A stretch of 64,000 bases of DNA from an uncultured delta proteobacterium (GCA_963842215.1 CAWJFQ010000001.1:1297941-1361940), one strand, 5' to 3'; positions 17,465-26,905 are shown, counted from the stretch's first letter. Notes: generated by a model not told the origin, from the sequence alone. Numbers and translations: made by a program.

Positions 17465-19145
17465 ATGTATAGTTCAAAATCCAAATATTTTGCAGTTGCA
17501 CTACTCATGGCCGTAGCTATAGCTCTGTTCAGCGGCCGTACAGCGTGGGCTCAGGACAAGAAGCCCAACATCCTCGTCATAATGGGCGACGATGTCGGAT
17601 GGTTTAACATCGGGGCCTATCACCGTGGAATCATGTCGGGCAAGACGCCGAACCTCGACAAGCTTGCCGCTCAGGGCATGATTTTCACCGACTACTATGC
17701 CGAGGCGAGCTGCACGGCTGGCCGTGCCAATTTTATCACCGGCGAGCTGCCGCTCCGCACGGGTTTGACTACGGTGGGGCAGGCGGGCGCAGACGTAGGT
17801 CTGCCGGCGCAGGCTGTCACGCTCGCCACCGTCTTGAAAGCGCAAGGCTACGAAACGGGTCAGTTCGGCAAGAATCATCTCGGAGATCTGAACAAGTACT
17901 TGCCATGCGTGCACGGCTTCGACGAATTCTTCGGCTATCTGTACCACCTCGACGCAATGTCAGACCCGTACTGGTTCGACTACCCACAGGATTGGATCGA
18001 CAAGACCGGGCCGCGCGACCTAACGCACTGTTGGGCGACGGACACGGACGATACGACCGTGCAGCCGCGCTGGGGAAAGGTCGGTAAGCAGAAGATCGAA
18101 GATGAGGGTCCTTTGGCGCCGTTTCCCAATATGAAGGATATGCAGAACTGGCAGCAAGGTCGTCAAGCCAAGTATGACATGGAGACCTTCGACGACGTGC
18201 TCGTCCAGAACACAAATCGATTCATGGACAAGGCCAAGAGCGATGGCAAGCCCTTTTTTATTTGGCATAACACCACCCGCATGCACGTCTTTACCTACAT
18301 TCCGCCAAAGTACCAGGCGATGATGAACGCTAAGAATAACTACAACATAGAAGAGGCCGGCATGGCGCAGATGGATGACAGCGTCGGCGCGATCCTGAAG
18401 CATCTCGATGACATCGGCGAAGCCGACAACACCATCGTCATCTTCACCACCGACAATGGAGCAGAGGTGTTCACCTGGCCCGACGGCGGCATGACGCCGT
18501 TCAAAGCCACCAAGGGCACTACCTTCGAAGGTGGCTTCCGCGTGCCATGCATCGCGCGTTGGCCGGGTCACATACAGCCTGACAGGGTCGAGAACGGCAT
18601 CTTCTCCGGGCTCGATTGGCTACCCACGCTCGCGGCGGCAGCCGGCAATCCCGATGTGACCGACCAACTCCTCAAAGGAGTGACGATTGGCGATCGCGAG
18701 TACAAGAATCATCTCGACGGGTATAACCAGATCGATCTGATCAATGGCAAAGGGGAGTCCAAGCGTCACGAAATATTCTACTTCGGCGGACCGCACCTCG
18801 GCGCCGTGCGCATCGATGATTTTAAGTACCAGTTCATCCAGCAGCCATACGGATGGCCCGGAGAGAAGGTCACGACCGATATGCCCACCATCGTGAACCT
18901 TCGGCAAGATCCGTTCGAGCGCACACCGTCTGTCCGCGGTGAAACCTTGAACGATCTCGGTGGAGGCTACATGAACGATTTCTACGCGCGCGAGTTCTGG
19001 CGCTTCGTGATGGTGCAAAAGTACGTCGCGAAGCTAGCGATGTCGGCGAGTCGAGTATCCGCCCATGCAGGCACCCGCGACCTTTAACCTTCAGGCTGTA
19101 AAGGCGCAGGTCGAAGAACTGATAAAGCAGCACGAAGGCCAATAG
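17465..19145 (+). CDS. Type I (aryl)sulfatase, C-terminal frameshift
   Basis: ORF track 17465..19087. Signal peptide, KPNILVIMGDDVGW, catalytic motif SCTAGRANFITG (C-x-A-x-R), GKNHLGD, TTDNGAE. The +1 frame from about 19050 encodes EYPPMQAPATFNLQAVKAQVEELIKQHEGQ, ending with TAG at 19143-19145. Confidence 0.8.
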
Positions 19146-19222
19146 TTCGATTTGCAACACGACGCGCGGCTCGTAACAAGGAGTCTGTCGAGTCAACAAA
19201 AACCTAACTGGAGGTTCTTTCG

Positions 19223-19531
19223 ATGGTCTTTGAATATTCAGAACCTAGGACAAACCAACGGCAAAAGCTGATGTTTTTAGCATTAGCGATGCTCGGATTG
19301 TTGGCACTGGGAGGCTGCTCGTCATCCGAACCTTCACCGACAAAGCAAGCCGCTCTGGCACAGACCGAGTTACACTTCGATCTTAACCAGTGCCAGAGCC
19401 TGGGTGCTGGATTATACAAGTGTCCTGCCTCCGATAAGCCGATTTGTAGTCCCGACTACAATGGTCAGGTCGAATGTGTGCGGACGGGACCCAAGGGCAG
19501 CGTCTTCGTACAGAGTCCAAATGTCAACTAG
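19223..19531 (+). CDS. Small Cys-containing lipoprotein, hypothetical
   Basis: GGAGG 8 nt upstream of ATG 19223. Lipobox LALGGC and four further Cys. 102 aa. Confidence 0.55.
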   Translation: MVFEYSEPRTNQRQKLMFLALAMLGLLALGGCSSSEPSPTKQAALAQTELHFDLNQCQSLGAGLYKCPASDKPICSPDYNGQVECVRTGPKGSVFVQSPNVN

Positions 19532-19545
19532 CAGCGCGCGACAGA

Positions 19546-19581
19546 GGCCTTGAGCCAATAGTTCTCGACCGGCTCAAGGCC
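19546..19581 (+). other. 11-bp perfect stem hairpin in the intergenic region after the small lipoprotein gene
   Basis: GGCCTTGAGCC (19546-19556) pairs with GGCTCAAGGCC (19571-19581) across a 14-nt loop. No U-tract follows. Confidence 0.3.
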
Positions 19582-19641
19582 AAGTCGCAGCACCGGGAAG
19601 CGCTGGCGCTGAGCGCGGCTTCGAGAGGGTAGGAAACTCTG

Positions 19642-20403
19642 ATGGGTAAGTTTGTCGCTATAACATTCGGTCTATTGCTGGCTGCAGCCGGTTCCGTGCG
19701 CGCGCAAGGCGTTGTACTGCCGCTGCCGTTCGAGGATCAGCAAAATATAACAGCTCAGCTTGGGCCAAACGTGATAGGTGCGGCGCTGCCGAGCCAACCT
19801 ATTTCAGATCCATCCATCTACTTCCCGCTGCAACAGAAGTCTCAGAATTATCAGGTCGTTGCCGGCCCTCATGCCGGCACCGTACAGACGCTGGGACTTT
19901 GGAGAGCGAGGCGGCCGGGGGGAAAAGCGGCCTGGCGTTTTCAAATGACCCCGACCCTGGCGGGCTTCATGCGCGAGACACCCGAGGGCGACATCATAAT
20001 GGCCGCGCTGACTGACTCGGGCGAGGGCGTAGTCGTCGTCACCACACCTGCGAATCCATTTGTACCTAAAGGCATGCAACCGGGAGAGACTCGAAGTTAC
20101 ACGCAACGAGTCCAGGTGAACTATCTGGACGACCCGACCGACCAGAGATATTCAGGGTATATAAACGGCACTTACACTTATGTAGGCACCTACCAAGTGA
20201 CTGTTCCGGCCGGTAGCTTCCCGGCTGTTCTCTTTCGCGTAAAATGCGAGGGCAAAGTCGGACCGGCTCATACACAGAACGTCGGCTACAACCTTTTTGC
20301 GCCCGGCGTCGGCATGGTCGCGATGATTCTGGAGGAGGACGTGACAGCGTTCTGGTTGTTCAACATCGATAGCACTACGGGCAAGGTCCTGATGGCGAAT
20401 TGA
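19642..20403 (+). CDS. Hypothetical secreted protein
   Basis: 253 aa with signal peptide MGKFVAITFGLLLAAAGSVRAQG. Beta-rich sequence with no motif recognised. Confidence 0.5.
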   Translation: MGKFVAITFGLLLAAAGSVRAQGVVLPLPFEDQQNITAQLGPNVIGAALPSQPISDPSIYFPLQQKSQNYQVVAGPHAGTVQTLGLWRARRPGGKAAWRFQMTPTLAGFMRETPEGDIIMAALTDSGEGVVVVTTPANPFVPKGMQPGETRSYTQRVQVNYLDDPTDQRYSGYINGTYTYVGTYQVTVPAGSFPAVLFRVKCEGKVGPAHTQNVGYNLFAPGVGMVAMILEEDVTAFWLFNIDSTTGKVLMAN

Positions 20404-20429
20404 AGCGCTGATGTAAGCCGGACAATAGG

Positions 20430-21305
20430 ATGAGCGATCCAGCGCACTATCCTCGAGCGTTCGCCACCGCCACTGCGTTTCTCATTTTGTTGGGCTGGCA
20501 CTCGATGAGTCTCGCCCAGCAGGCCGCGGCAGCCGGCAACGACGATGAGTCATTGGCTACGAAGGAATACGATCCCACCGCGAGTCTGACGCAGTTCAAG
20601 ATCCAGGACATTTATACACCTGCCGAGTATGGCACGAATGCACAACCAAACACCCTGCAGATCCGGCCGCTCTTGGCCGTTCGGCCACAATTGTTCACGC
20701 CACTCGAGCAGCTCATCCGGCCCAGCATTCAAATCGTAACGGTTCCTCGCAACAAAGGCGCGACAACGACCACCGCTCTCGATGACTTCCAACTCCTCGA
20801 CTTGTTCGTAATGCCCTGGCCGAACGTAAAAGAGACAGGCTTCCGGTGGGGGATAGGGCCTTACTTCGTATTCCCGACCTCAACGAGTCAATTCACAGGC
20901 AAGGGTGCCTGGCAGATGGGGCCGGCTGGCGCGTTCGGCTACCGGGGAATTCCAAGGCTACAAATTGCCGGTCTTTTTCAGCAGGCGACCTCGTTCGCTT
21001 ACACATCTTCGCACTCGGTGCCGGTCAGCTCGCTTCAGATTCAGCCCATGCTTTCTTATCAGCTAGGCCGTGGATGGTATCTAAAATCCAGCGACGCGAC
21101 CTGGACAATCAATTACCGTCACAAGACTTCAACCGACATGCCGCTTAGCGCTGGATTTGGCAAAGTCTGGAAATTTGGCGAAGGCTACGCAATCGACACG
21201 TCGGTGTCTGGTGAGTGGATGGTCTATCGACAATTTGACTCACAAACCGAGCAATTCACACTGAGGTTTCAGATAAACCTGCTGTTGCCTAAAGTAGAAC
21301 TATGA
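20430..21305 (+). CDS. Putative outer-membrane beta-barrel protein (MetA-pathway / transporter-like family, from memory)
   Basis: 291 aa. Signal peptide ending SMSLAQQ. Alternating-hydrophobicity strands throughout. Confidence 0.45.
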   Translation: MSDPAHYPRAFATATAFLILLGWHSMSLAQQAAAAGNDDESLATKEYDPTASLTQFKIQDIYTPAEYGTNAQPNTLQIRPLLAVRPQLFTPLEQLIRPSIQIVTVPRNKGATTTTALDDFQLLDLFVMPWPNVKETGFRWGIGPYFVFPTSTSQFTGKGAWQMGPAGAFGYRGIPRLQIAGLFQQATSFAYTSSHSVPVSSLQIQPMLSYQLGRGWYLKSSDATWTINYRHKTSTDMPLSAGFGKVWKFGEGYAIDTSVSGEWMVYRQFDSQTEQFTLRFQINLLLPKVEL

Positions 21306-21341
21306 GATGGGTATTCCCCTAGCCAAGATAGGTGCTGTCAT

Positions 21342-22673
21342 ATGAAGGACCGAAGGTTGCGGCGAACCACAGGGCGACGATTGGAGCTTCCTCCGCGAGC
21401 GCCGTCGCGCGAGATTTATCAGGCGATCTCCCTCGCGGCAGTTATCCTGATGACTTTTGTCACCTCCGCGCAAGGCTCCGGCATAGAGCTCTATGAAACC
21501 GGCGCTCCAGATCTCGGCACCGCAAGCGCGGGCCGGGCTGCTATGGCGGCCGACGCCTCAACCGCCGCCGCCAATCCCGCGGGAATGACGCTCCTTGATC
21601 GCACACAACTGCTGGGTGCGTCTGGTGCGCTGCTACCCTTCACAAATTTCGACGTAGCGAAACAAACGACGACCTCGGGCGGTGGCGGCGGAAATGCCGG
21701 AGTGTTTTTCCCCATCGGGTCGTTTTTCTATGTATATAAACTTTCTGAGCGGTTGCGGCTCGGCGTGGCGGTCGACTCCGATTTTGGTCTTAGCGCCGAC
21801 TACGGCAAGACCTGGGTTGGACGCTACTACGTGACTTCTGAATCAATCGTAACCGGCGGGGTCAACCCATCGCTCGCCTACGAGGTGAACGACTGGCTTT
21901 CGGTGGGCGCAGGCTTCAGTTTTTCGGTCGCGCGACTCACGTTTCAATCGAAAATTAACAATGCTCTTCCACGCGCACCCGACGGCGGGCTGTCGTTCGA
22001 ATCCTGGGACGAAGCATTCGGTGGCAATGCCGGCATTCTGCTCAAGCCTATTGCCAAGCTTCGCCTGGGGCTTACCTATCAGTCCCCGATCGATTACAAG
22101 TTCGGCTTTCGTCCACACCTCACCGGCCTCGGTCCGATTCTCAGCCATCTTCGCCAGAGAATCGGCGGAGTAAAAATCAATATCCCCATGGAACAGCCAC
22201 AGCAGGTGATGGCAAGCGCGGTCTACGACGTCACACCCAGCTTCAGCCTGCTGGGTAATGTGGGATGGCAGAATTGGTCTGCCTTCGGAGAGTTTCCGAT
22301 CGGAGTCTCCACCGCCAAGCAGAGGACTGTGACCGCCAATCTACACTTCTCAGACACGTGCCAGATCGCGATCGGACAGCAATTTCGGATTAATGAGAAA
22401 TGGCTGTGGTCGGCAGGATTCGCCTATGACAGTGCGCCGGTCTCGAAAGCCAACCGCGTTCCCGTCCTGCCTCTGGATCGCCAGTTGCGTTACGGAACCG
22501 GCATCCAATATGAGATCAATAGCAACGTAATAGTCGGCGCCGCGTGGGAGTTCATGGACGCCGGTCCCGGTCCGTTCAGTGCACGTCGCGGACCGCTGGC
22601 CGGGACCTTGCAGGGGCACTATTCGACCAATTATCTTAATTTCGCCGCGCTCAATGTCATCTGGAAATTTTGA
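21342..22673 (+). CDS. FadL/OmpP1/TodX family outer-membrane transporter for hydrophobic compounds
   Basis: 443 aa. Signal peptide ending FVTSAQG. N-terminal hatch GIELYETGAPDLGTASAGRAAMA. C-terminal LNVIWKF. Confidence 0.8.
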   Translation: MKDRRLRRTTGRRLELPPRAPSREIYQAISLAAVILMTFVTSAQGSGIELYETGAPDLGTASAGRAAMAADASTAAANPAGMTLLDRTQLLGASGALLPFTNFDVAKQTTTSGGGGGNAGVFFPIGSFFYVYKLSERLRLGVAVDSDFGLSADYGKTWVGRYYVTSESIVTGGVNPSLAYEVNDWLSVGAGFSFSVARLTFQSKINNALPRAPDGGLSFESWDEAFGGNAGILLKPIAKLRLGLTYQSPIDYKFGFRPHLTGLGPILSHLRQRIGGVKINIPMEQPQQVMASAVYDVTPSFSLLGNVGWQNWSAFGEFPIGVSTAKQRTVTANLHFSDTCQIAIGQQFRINEKWLWSAGFAYDSAPVSKANRVPVLPLDRQLRYGTGIQYEINSNVIVGAAWEFMDAGPGPFSARRGPLAGTLQGHYSTNYLNFAALNVIWKF

Positions 22674-22803
22674 ATTGAAGCACCATTACCAGATTTGTGG
22701 CAGCGAATTACTTTTTGGACGGACTAGAGCAAGCACCTGATGGATTCGCTTCTCGAGTAGCAATCCGGGGCTTTAGCATATCCATTTGAAAACGGTGTCT
22801 TAG

Positions 22804-23688
22804 ATGGACAAGCACATCAGCAAGCATCCCGAAACGAAACATCTCGCCGCCGACGTGGTTCATTACCGCGAGTACAAAATCCTGCTAAAGCCAGACAGGT
22901 TCACAAGCAAGCATGGCTTTCTTGAGTTCTGGGAGGCAGCGTCCAACACCCTCCAAAAGCTTCATCTGAAGGTTGATGTCGATAAGCATGCGTTCGACAG
23001 CCAGGTTCGGGAAGTCCTTTTTTATGACACTCCGGAGTTTGACCTGTACAACAACCATTTCATACTTCGTAAACGCACTTACTACGATCAGGGATGGCCT
23101 CGCGAAGGTCACGAGCTGACCTTCAAGTACCGGGCGCCGGAGCTCAAGTCCGCCGCAGCCGTTGATATGCATCCGCATCTGGGTGGACACGACGAGATAA
23201 AGTTCAAGGAAGAGTTGTTGCTCGATCGCGAGCGCCTGGGCGGAATGCGCAGCGTCTATTCTCACGGATGCGTGCTCACGTCGCCGAATATTGAACTCGA
23301 ACGAGGTATCGAGGACATCGCTCGCGCCTTTCCGACTCTCAAGCAAATCGATATCCGGCCCAGGACGAAGATGATGCTGGTAAACAATGTGGCTGTCGAA
23401 GAGGTGCAGAATACCATGGGCATCATCCACTTCGGGCACCACTTCAAGGGTAAGACCACCATCGCCATCTGGCGCAGCCGCGCGCTGGAAAAATCTCTAT
23501 CAGGTGAATTCGCCTTTCAATGCAAGTTCGAGCAGCTTGACGATGTGAGCAAGGAGTCACTCGAGCTCTCGGAAGAGTTCTACAAGAGGGTGCAGCTCGA
23601 TTGTGCGGATTGGATCAAACTGGGCACCACCAAAACCGCGATGGTGTATGGGCTGGGCGATAGTCAGCAACTCAAGAACCGTGAATAA
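22804..23688 (+). CDS. Hypothetical protein, possibly CYTH-like (triphosphate tunnel) fold
   Basis: 294 aa. Charged beta-strand signatures reminiscent of CYTH: REYKILL, VLFYDTPEFDLYNNHFILRKR, ELTFKYR, EIKFKEE, GEFAFQCKFE, TKTAMVYGL. The canonical N-terminal ExExK is degenerate (YREYK). Visibly lower GC than the flanks. Confidence 0.35.
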   Translation: MDKHISKHPETKHLAADVVHYREYKILLKPDRFTSKHGFLEFWEAASNTLQKLHLKVDVDKHAFDSQVREVLFYDTPEFDLYNNHFILRKRTYYDQGWPREGHELTFKYRAPELKSAAAVDMHPHLGGHDEIKFKEELLLDRERLGGMRSVYSHGCVLTSPNIELERGIEDIARAFPTLKQIDIRPRTKMMLVNNVAVEEVQNTMGIIHFGHHFKGKTTIAIWRSRALEKSLSGEFAFQCKFEQLDDVSKESLELSEEFYKRVQLDCADWIKLGTTKTAMVYGLGDSQQLKNRE

Positions 23689-23760
23689 GGCGCCGCCGCC
23701 TCCGGTAGGGCTTTTCGACCGCGAACTCTATTCTGGCACGAGGTCGGGAGGTGACAGAAA

Positions 23761-24381
23761 ATGAACGAGACCCGGCAGCGTGGCGGCGAGCCCATCGAGT
23801 TCTGGTTTGACTTCGCTTCGGGCTATGCCTATTTCGGCGCGCTCGAAATCGAGGCGCTGGCCGAGCGCCACGGCCGGACCGTCGCGTGGCGGCCTTTCAC
23901 GCTCGGCGCCGCGTTCAAAGTCACAGGCGCGCAAGGGCTGAGCCGCACGCCGCTCAAGGGCGACTATGCTCGCCGCGACTGGCAGCGTCTCGCGAGGCTC
24001 AAAGGCGTCCCGTTCAGCCTGCCGGAAAATCATCCAAGGACGGGATTGCCAGCCATCCGCGCCTTTTATTGTCTTGAGCGAAAGGATCCGCAAGCCGCCA
24101 ACGCCTTGGCAAAGCTCGTCATCATCGGCTACTTCCAGAACGGCCTCGATACTGACGATCCCAACGCCATCGCCGCCGCGGCGGCCCCTCTCGGGATCGA
24201 CCAGGATATGATTCTGGCGGGTATCGCCGATTCCGAGGTGAAGATCATCGCGCGCCAGCAAGGCGAGCAGGCGGTGGCTCGCGGCGTGTTCGGATCGCCT
24301 TGGATCTTCATCGACGGCGAGCCTTTTTGGGGCAGCGACCGGTTGCCAATGGTCGAGCGTTGGCTGGAATGTCCATGGTAA
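23761..24381 (+). CDS. 2-hydroxychromene-2-carboxylate isomerase family (DsbA-like / kappa-GST-like)
   Basis: IEFWFDFASGYAYF and GVFGSPWIFIDGEPFWGSDRL. 206 aa. Confidence 0.75.
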   Translation: MNETRQRGGEPIEFWFDFASGYAYFGALEIEALAERHGRTVAWRPFTLGAAFKVTGAQGLSRTPLKGDYARRDWQRLARLKGVPFSLPENHPRTGLPAIRAFYCLERKDPQAANALAKLVIIGYFQNGLDTDDPNAIAAAAAPLGIDQDMILAGIADSEVKIIARQQGEQAVARGVFGSPWIFIDGEPFWGSDRLPMVERWLECPW

Positions 24382-24400
24382 GGGCTGCTTTCGAACAGAA

Positions 24401-24465
24401 CTGAACGATCCGTTCAGGCGACTTTCAGGAAAATTTCAGGCCGAACTGCTTCGGCCAAGTTTCTT
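24401..24465. terminator. Two hairpins between convergent genes (bidirectional terminator candidate)
   Basis: CTGAACG-ATC-CGTTCAG at 24401-24417. GGCCGAA-CTGC-TTCGGCC at 24439-24456, followed by AAGTTTCTT. Confidence 0.45.
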
Positions 24466-24486
24466 GATCGGCCTGCTGTTCGGTGC

Positions 24487-24909
24487 TCACGACTCAAAAT
24501 CGCGCGGAACAAACCCAGGAACCCACTTCTCGTACTTCGGAAGGTCGTCGTTGAGATCGACCCACGGAACCTTGGAGGACGTGAAAACGTGCATCGAGAG
24601 GCGCACGCCGGGATCGCCCTCCAAAAGGCCGGCGGGAACGCTCACCATGCCCGTGGCCTCAACGAATTTTGGCGCCGGGGAACCGCATCGGCTGCAGAAA
24701 CTGCGTGCGTGCCCAGGTCGCCATTCGTATCCGGGATTGATGAGGCCTTCACCGCTCAGCAGCTTGAACCGCTTCGAACGCACGTGAGCGAAGGTGGCAA
24801 ACGAGGCCCCCGTCGTCTTGCGGCATATCGAACAGTGGCAGTTCGTCAGCGCGGTAACTTTTTCGATCTCGAACCTGATTGCGCCGCATTCGCAGCTTCC
24901 ATTGATCAT
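24487..24909 (-). CDS. GFA (glutathione-dependent formaldehyde-activating / CENP-V) family protein
   Basis: Zinc motifs CECGAIRF, CHCSICRK, CSRCGSP. The ORF-track start GTG 25053 adds 48 non-homologous residues, so ATG 24909 is preferred. Confidence 0.7.
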   Translation of the reverse strand: MINGSCECGAIRFEIEKVTALTNCHCSICRKTTGASFATFAHVRSKRFKLLSGEGLINPGYEWRPGHARSFCSRCGSPAPKFVEATGMVSVPAGLLEGDPGVRLSMHVFTSSKVPWVDLNDDLPKYEKWVPGFVPRDFES

Positions 24910-25049
24910 GATTGCCTCATTACCCCGAATTCTCGTCTGAGCTCCCGACCATAAGTGCTCCGAGTCTCCCGCATGCTTGAAACGATCGATCACTTCGCAT
25001 CGCTGTATCAGCGGCAGTGCAAAGTAATCAATCGAGGCTGTCCACGGTC

Positions 25050-26012
25050 TCACTTCGGGAATAGTACGCTGATGCTTTCCCTGTCATGGATACGCCGGAT
25101 CGCCTCCCCAAAGAGCGGCGCAACCGAGACGACTTCTACTTTGGGTGAAAAGGCCACTGGTTGCGTTTCGATCGAGTCCGTCACCAGCAGACTTTGAATC
25201 GAACTGTGTTCGAGCCGCTCCATTGAGCCCTCGCCGAACACCCCGTGAGACACTGCCGCGTAGACTGTTCTTGCGCCTCGCTCGACGAGTTTCTCCGCCG
25301 CATCGACCAGCGTGCCGGTTGAGATCGTGAAGTCGTCGACCAGGAGGGCCGTCATTCCCCGCACTTCGCCGATGATCTCGAGAACCTCAGCATGTTCATC
25401 GTGCGCCTTGCGTTCTTTGTCCGCGATCGCGATCGAGGTGCCCAAGAACGATGCGTACTTGCGGGCTTGCTTGGCAAAGCCGGTGTCAGGAGAGACCACG
25501 ACCAGGTCCGGCAATTTCTTTCGTTCAATCTCCCTGGCAAGCACCGGCAGCGCGTAGAGATCGTCCACCGGGATTTGGAAGAAGCCTTGGATCTGAGGTG
25601 CGTGCAAGTCCATCGTCACCACCCGATCGGCGCCCGCCGCCGCGATCGCGTCGGCGCAGACGCGGGCGCGAATTGAAACCCTCGGTTCGTCCTTCTTGTC
25701 ACCCTTCGCATAACTGAAATAGGGCATAACGACGGTTACCGACTCCGCACTGGCACGCTTCAACGCGTCAATCCAGAAGAGGAGTTCCATGAAATTGTCG
25801 TTAGTGGGAAAGACCGTTGACTGAACGACATAGACGTCGCGCCCGCGTACGTTTTCCTTGACCCGTACGAAGAGATTCCCGTCCGAGAACCGCAACACCT
25901 CTCCAGCCCCCGGCTTCGTGTTCAGGTACTTACAAATCTTCCGGGTCAGCTCCGGGCTGCCGCTGCCGCCAAAAATGACAATCCGGTCCGCGAGTTCTTT
26001 GTTTCGTTTCAT
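25050..26012 (-). CDS. prs: Ribose-phosphate pyrophosphokinase
   Basis: IVIFGGSGSPELTRKICKYL, VVSPDTGFAKQARKYA, LLVDDFTISTGTL. ATG 26012 has GGAGAG upstream. The longer ORF-track form extends to within 4 nt of tRNA-Gly (26073..26147). Confidence 0.9.
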   Translation of the reverse strand: MKRNKELADRIVIFGGSGSPELTRKICKYLNTKPGAGEVLRFSDGNLFVRVKENVRGRDVYVVQSTVFPTNDNFMELLFWIDALKRASAESVTVVMPYFSYAKGDKKDEPRVSIRARVCADAIAAAGADRVVTMDLHAPQIQGFFQIPVDDLYALPVLAREIERKKLPDLVVVSPDTGFAKQARKYASFLGTSIAIADKERKAHDEHAEVLEIIGEVRGMTALLVDDFTISTGTLVDAAEKLVERGARTVYAAVSHGVFGEGSMERLEHSSIQSLLVTDSIETQPVAFSPKVEVVSVAPLFGEAIRRIHDRESISVLFPK

Positions 26013-26072
26013 CTCTCCGATCCCCGCCGCCGCCCCATCCGCCGGAGTTCGCGACACCGCTGAGAGCATTGA

Positions 26073-26147
<75 letters not shown>

Positions 26148-26284
26148 TCTCAGGCGAGTCTAAGTTCAGCCCTGCAGACTGTCAATTGAATAGCCCCTCG
26201 ACTCGCGGCTAAGATCATAACCGGCTGGAAGCGCGCGCATGCGGCATTGATTCCTTGACGCCGATCCAGCAAAACCTTTCACTT

Positions 26285-26905
26285 ATGACCCGTTGTATTG
26301 CTGGAGGCGCAGTGCACGCATCGCGACCTGGTTTGCGTCGATCGGTACTTTTGCAGCTCGTCGGATGCCTCGCGCTCGCGTCTGCCGGATGCTTCCTCCG
26401 CTCGAAGCCCAAACCTGCTCCACCTCCGACCCAGCAGCAGCTTGCGGAGTACGCCGCCAATCAGACTGCGCTGCGAAATGGCGTGAGCAATCCAAGCGGC
26501 GAACAGGAGATGCATTGCGATCAACTCGCGACGGCCGCGCCCGGGGTGGAAGAGCTACGGATCAACCAGGGCACGGTCGAGAGCCGCCAATGGACGATTG
26601 TCGCCAATGGCTCCTCGGCCGGGTGGACGGTATTGAGATCGAATGGTGGCTCGACCGACGGCTGGGGACCGAAACCCGGCATCGACAAGCTGGGTTTCCA
26701 GCCGCCGCTCGAGCCGGCTCTGGCAGCGGGATCCAGCCTGTTCCTCGTGTACGCTCCGCTCGATAGCGCCAGCGTCGACGAGTATAGGAAGTCGACCGCC
26801 GCCAAGGAGGACTTCGGGCCCCCGACGGGTCAGTTTGTGTGGCGGGGCAGAAAGTACAGCTATACGCTGACGCGCGAGCTGCCGTGTTTTCCGCGACTCC
26901 AGTAG
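26285..26905 (+). CDS. Hypothetical lipoprotein
   Basis: ORF 26255..26905 trimmed to ATG 26285. Lipobox LASAGC. No recognised domain. Confidence 0.5.
   Translation: MTRCIAGGAVHASRPGLRRSVLLQLVGCLALASAGCFLRSKPKPAPPPTQQQLAEYAANQTALRNGVSNPSGEQEMHCDQLATAAPGVEELRINQGTVESRQWTIVANGSSAGWTVLRSNGGSTDGWGPKPGIDKLGFQPPLEPALAAGSSLFLVYAPLDSASVDEYRKSTAAKEDFGPPTGQFVWRGRKYSYTLTRELPCFPRLQ

Noticed and set aside
19139-19565. The 11-mer GCCAATAGTTC, present after the sulfatase stop (19138-19148) and again in the hairpin loop region (19555-19565).
   Set aside because: Chance repeats of 11-12 nt are expected many times in 64 kb (on the order of 10^2 pairs), and there is no extended similarity around them.
24401-24417. 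The CTGAACG-ATC-CGTTCAG hairpin, and AAACTGAAC at about 34045, as further copies of the 58.2-kb TGGTTCAGTTTG element.
   Set aside because: Only 6-9 nt are shared, within chance expectation. The 24.4-kb hairpin is adequately explained as a terminator between convergent genes.
24487-25053. The 188-aa form of the GFA gene, starting at a GTG that overlaps the prs stop.
   Set aside because: The first 48 residues have no GFA homology, and the domain begins right at Met 49 (ATG 24909). The long form is kept only as an alternative.
25050-26069. The 339-aa form of prs, extending upstream to within 4 nt of the tRNA-Gly gene.
   Set aside because: The extra 19 codons run almost into tRNA-Gly (26073..26147) and have no homology to Prs. 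ATG 26012 has its own GGAGAG and gives the canonical N-terminus.
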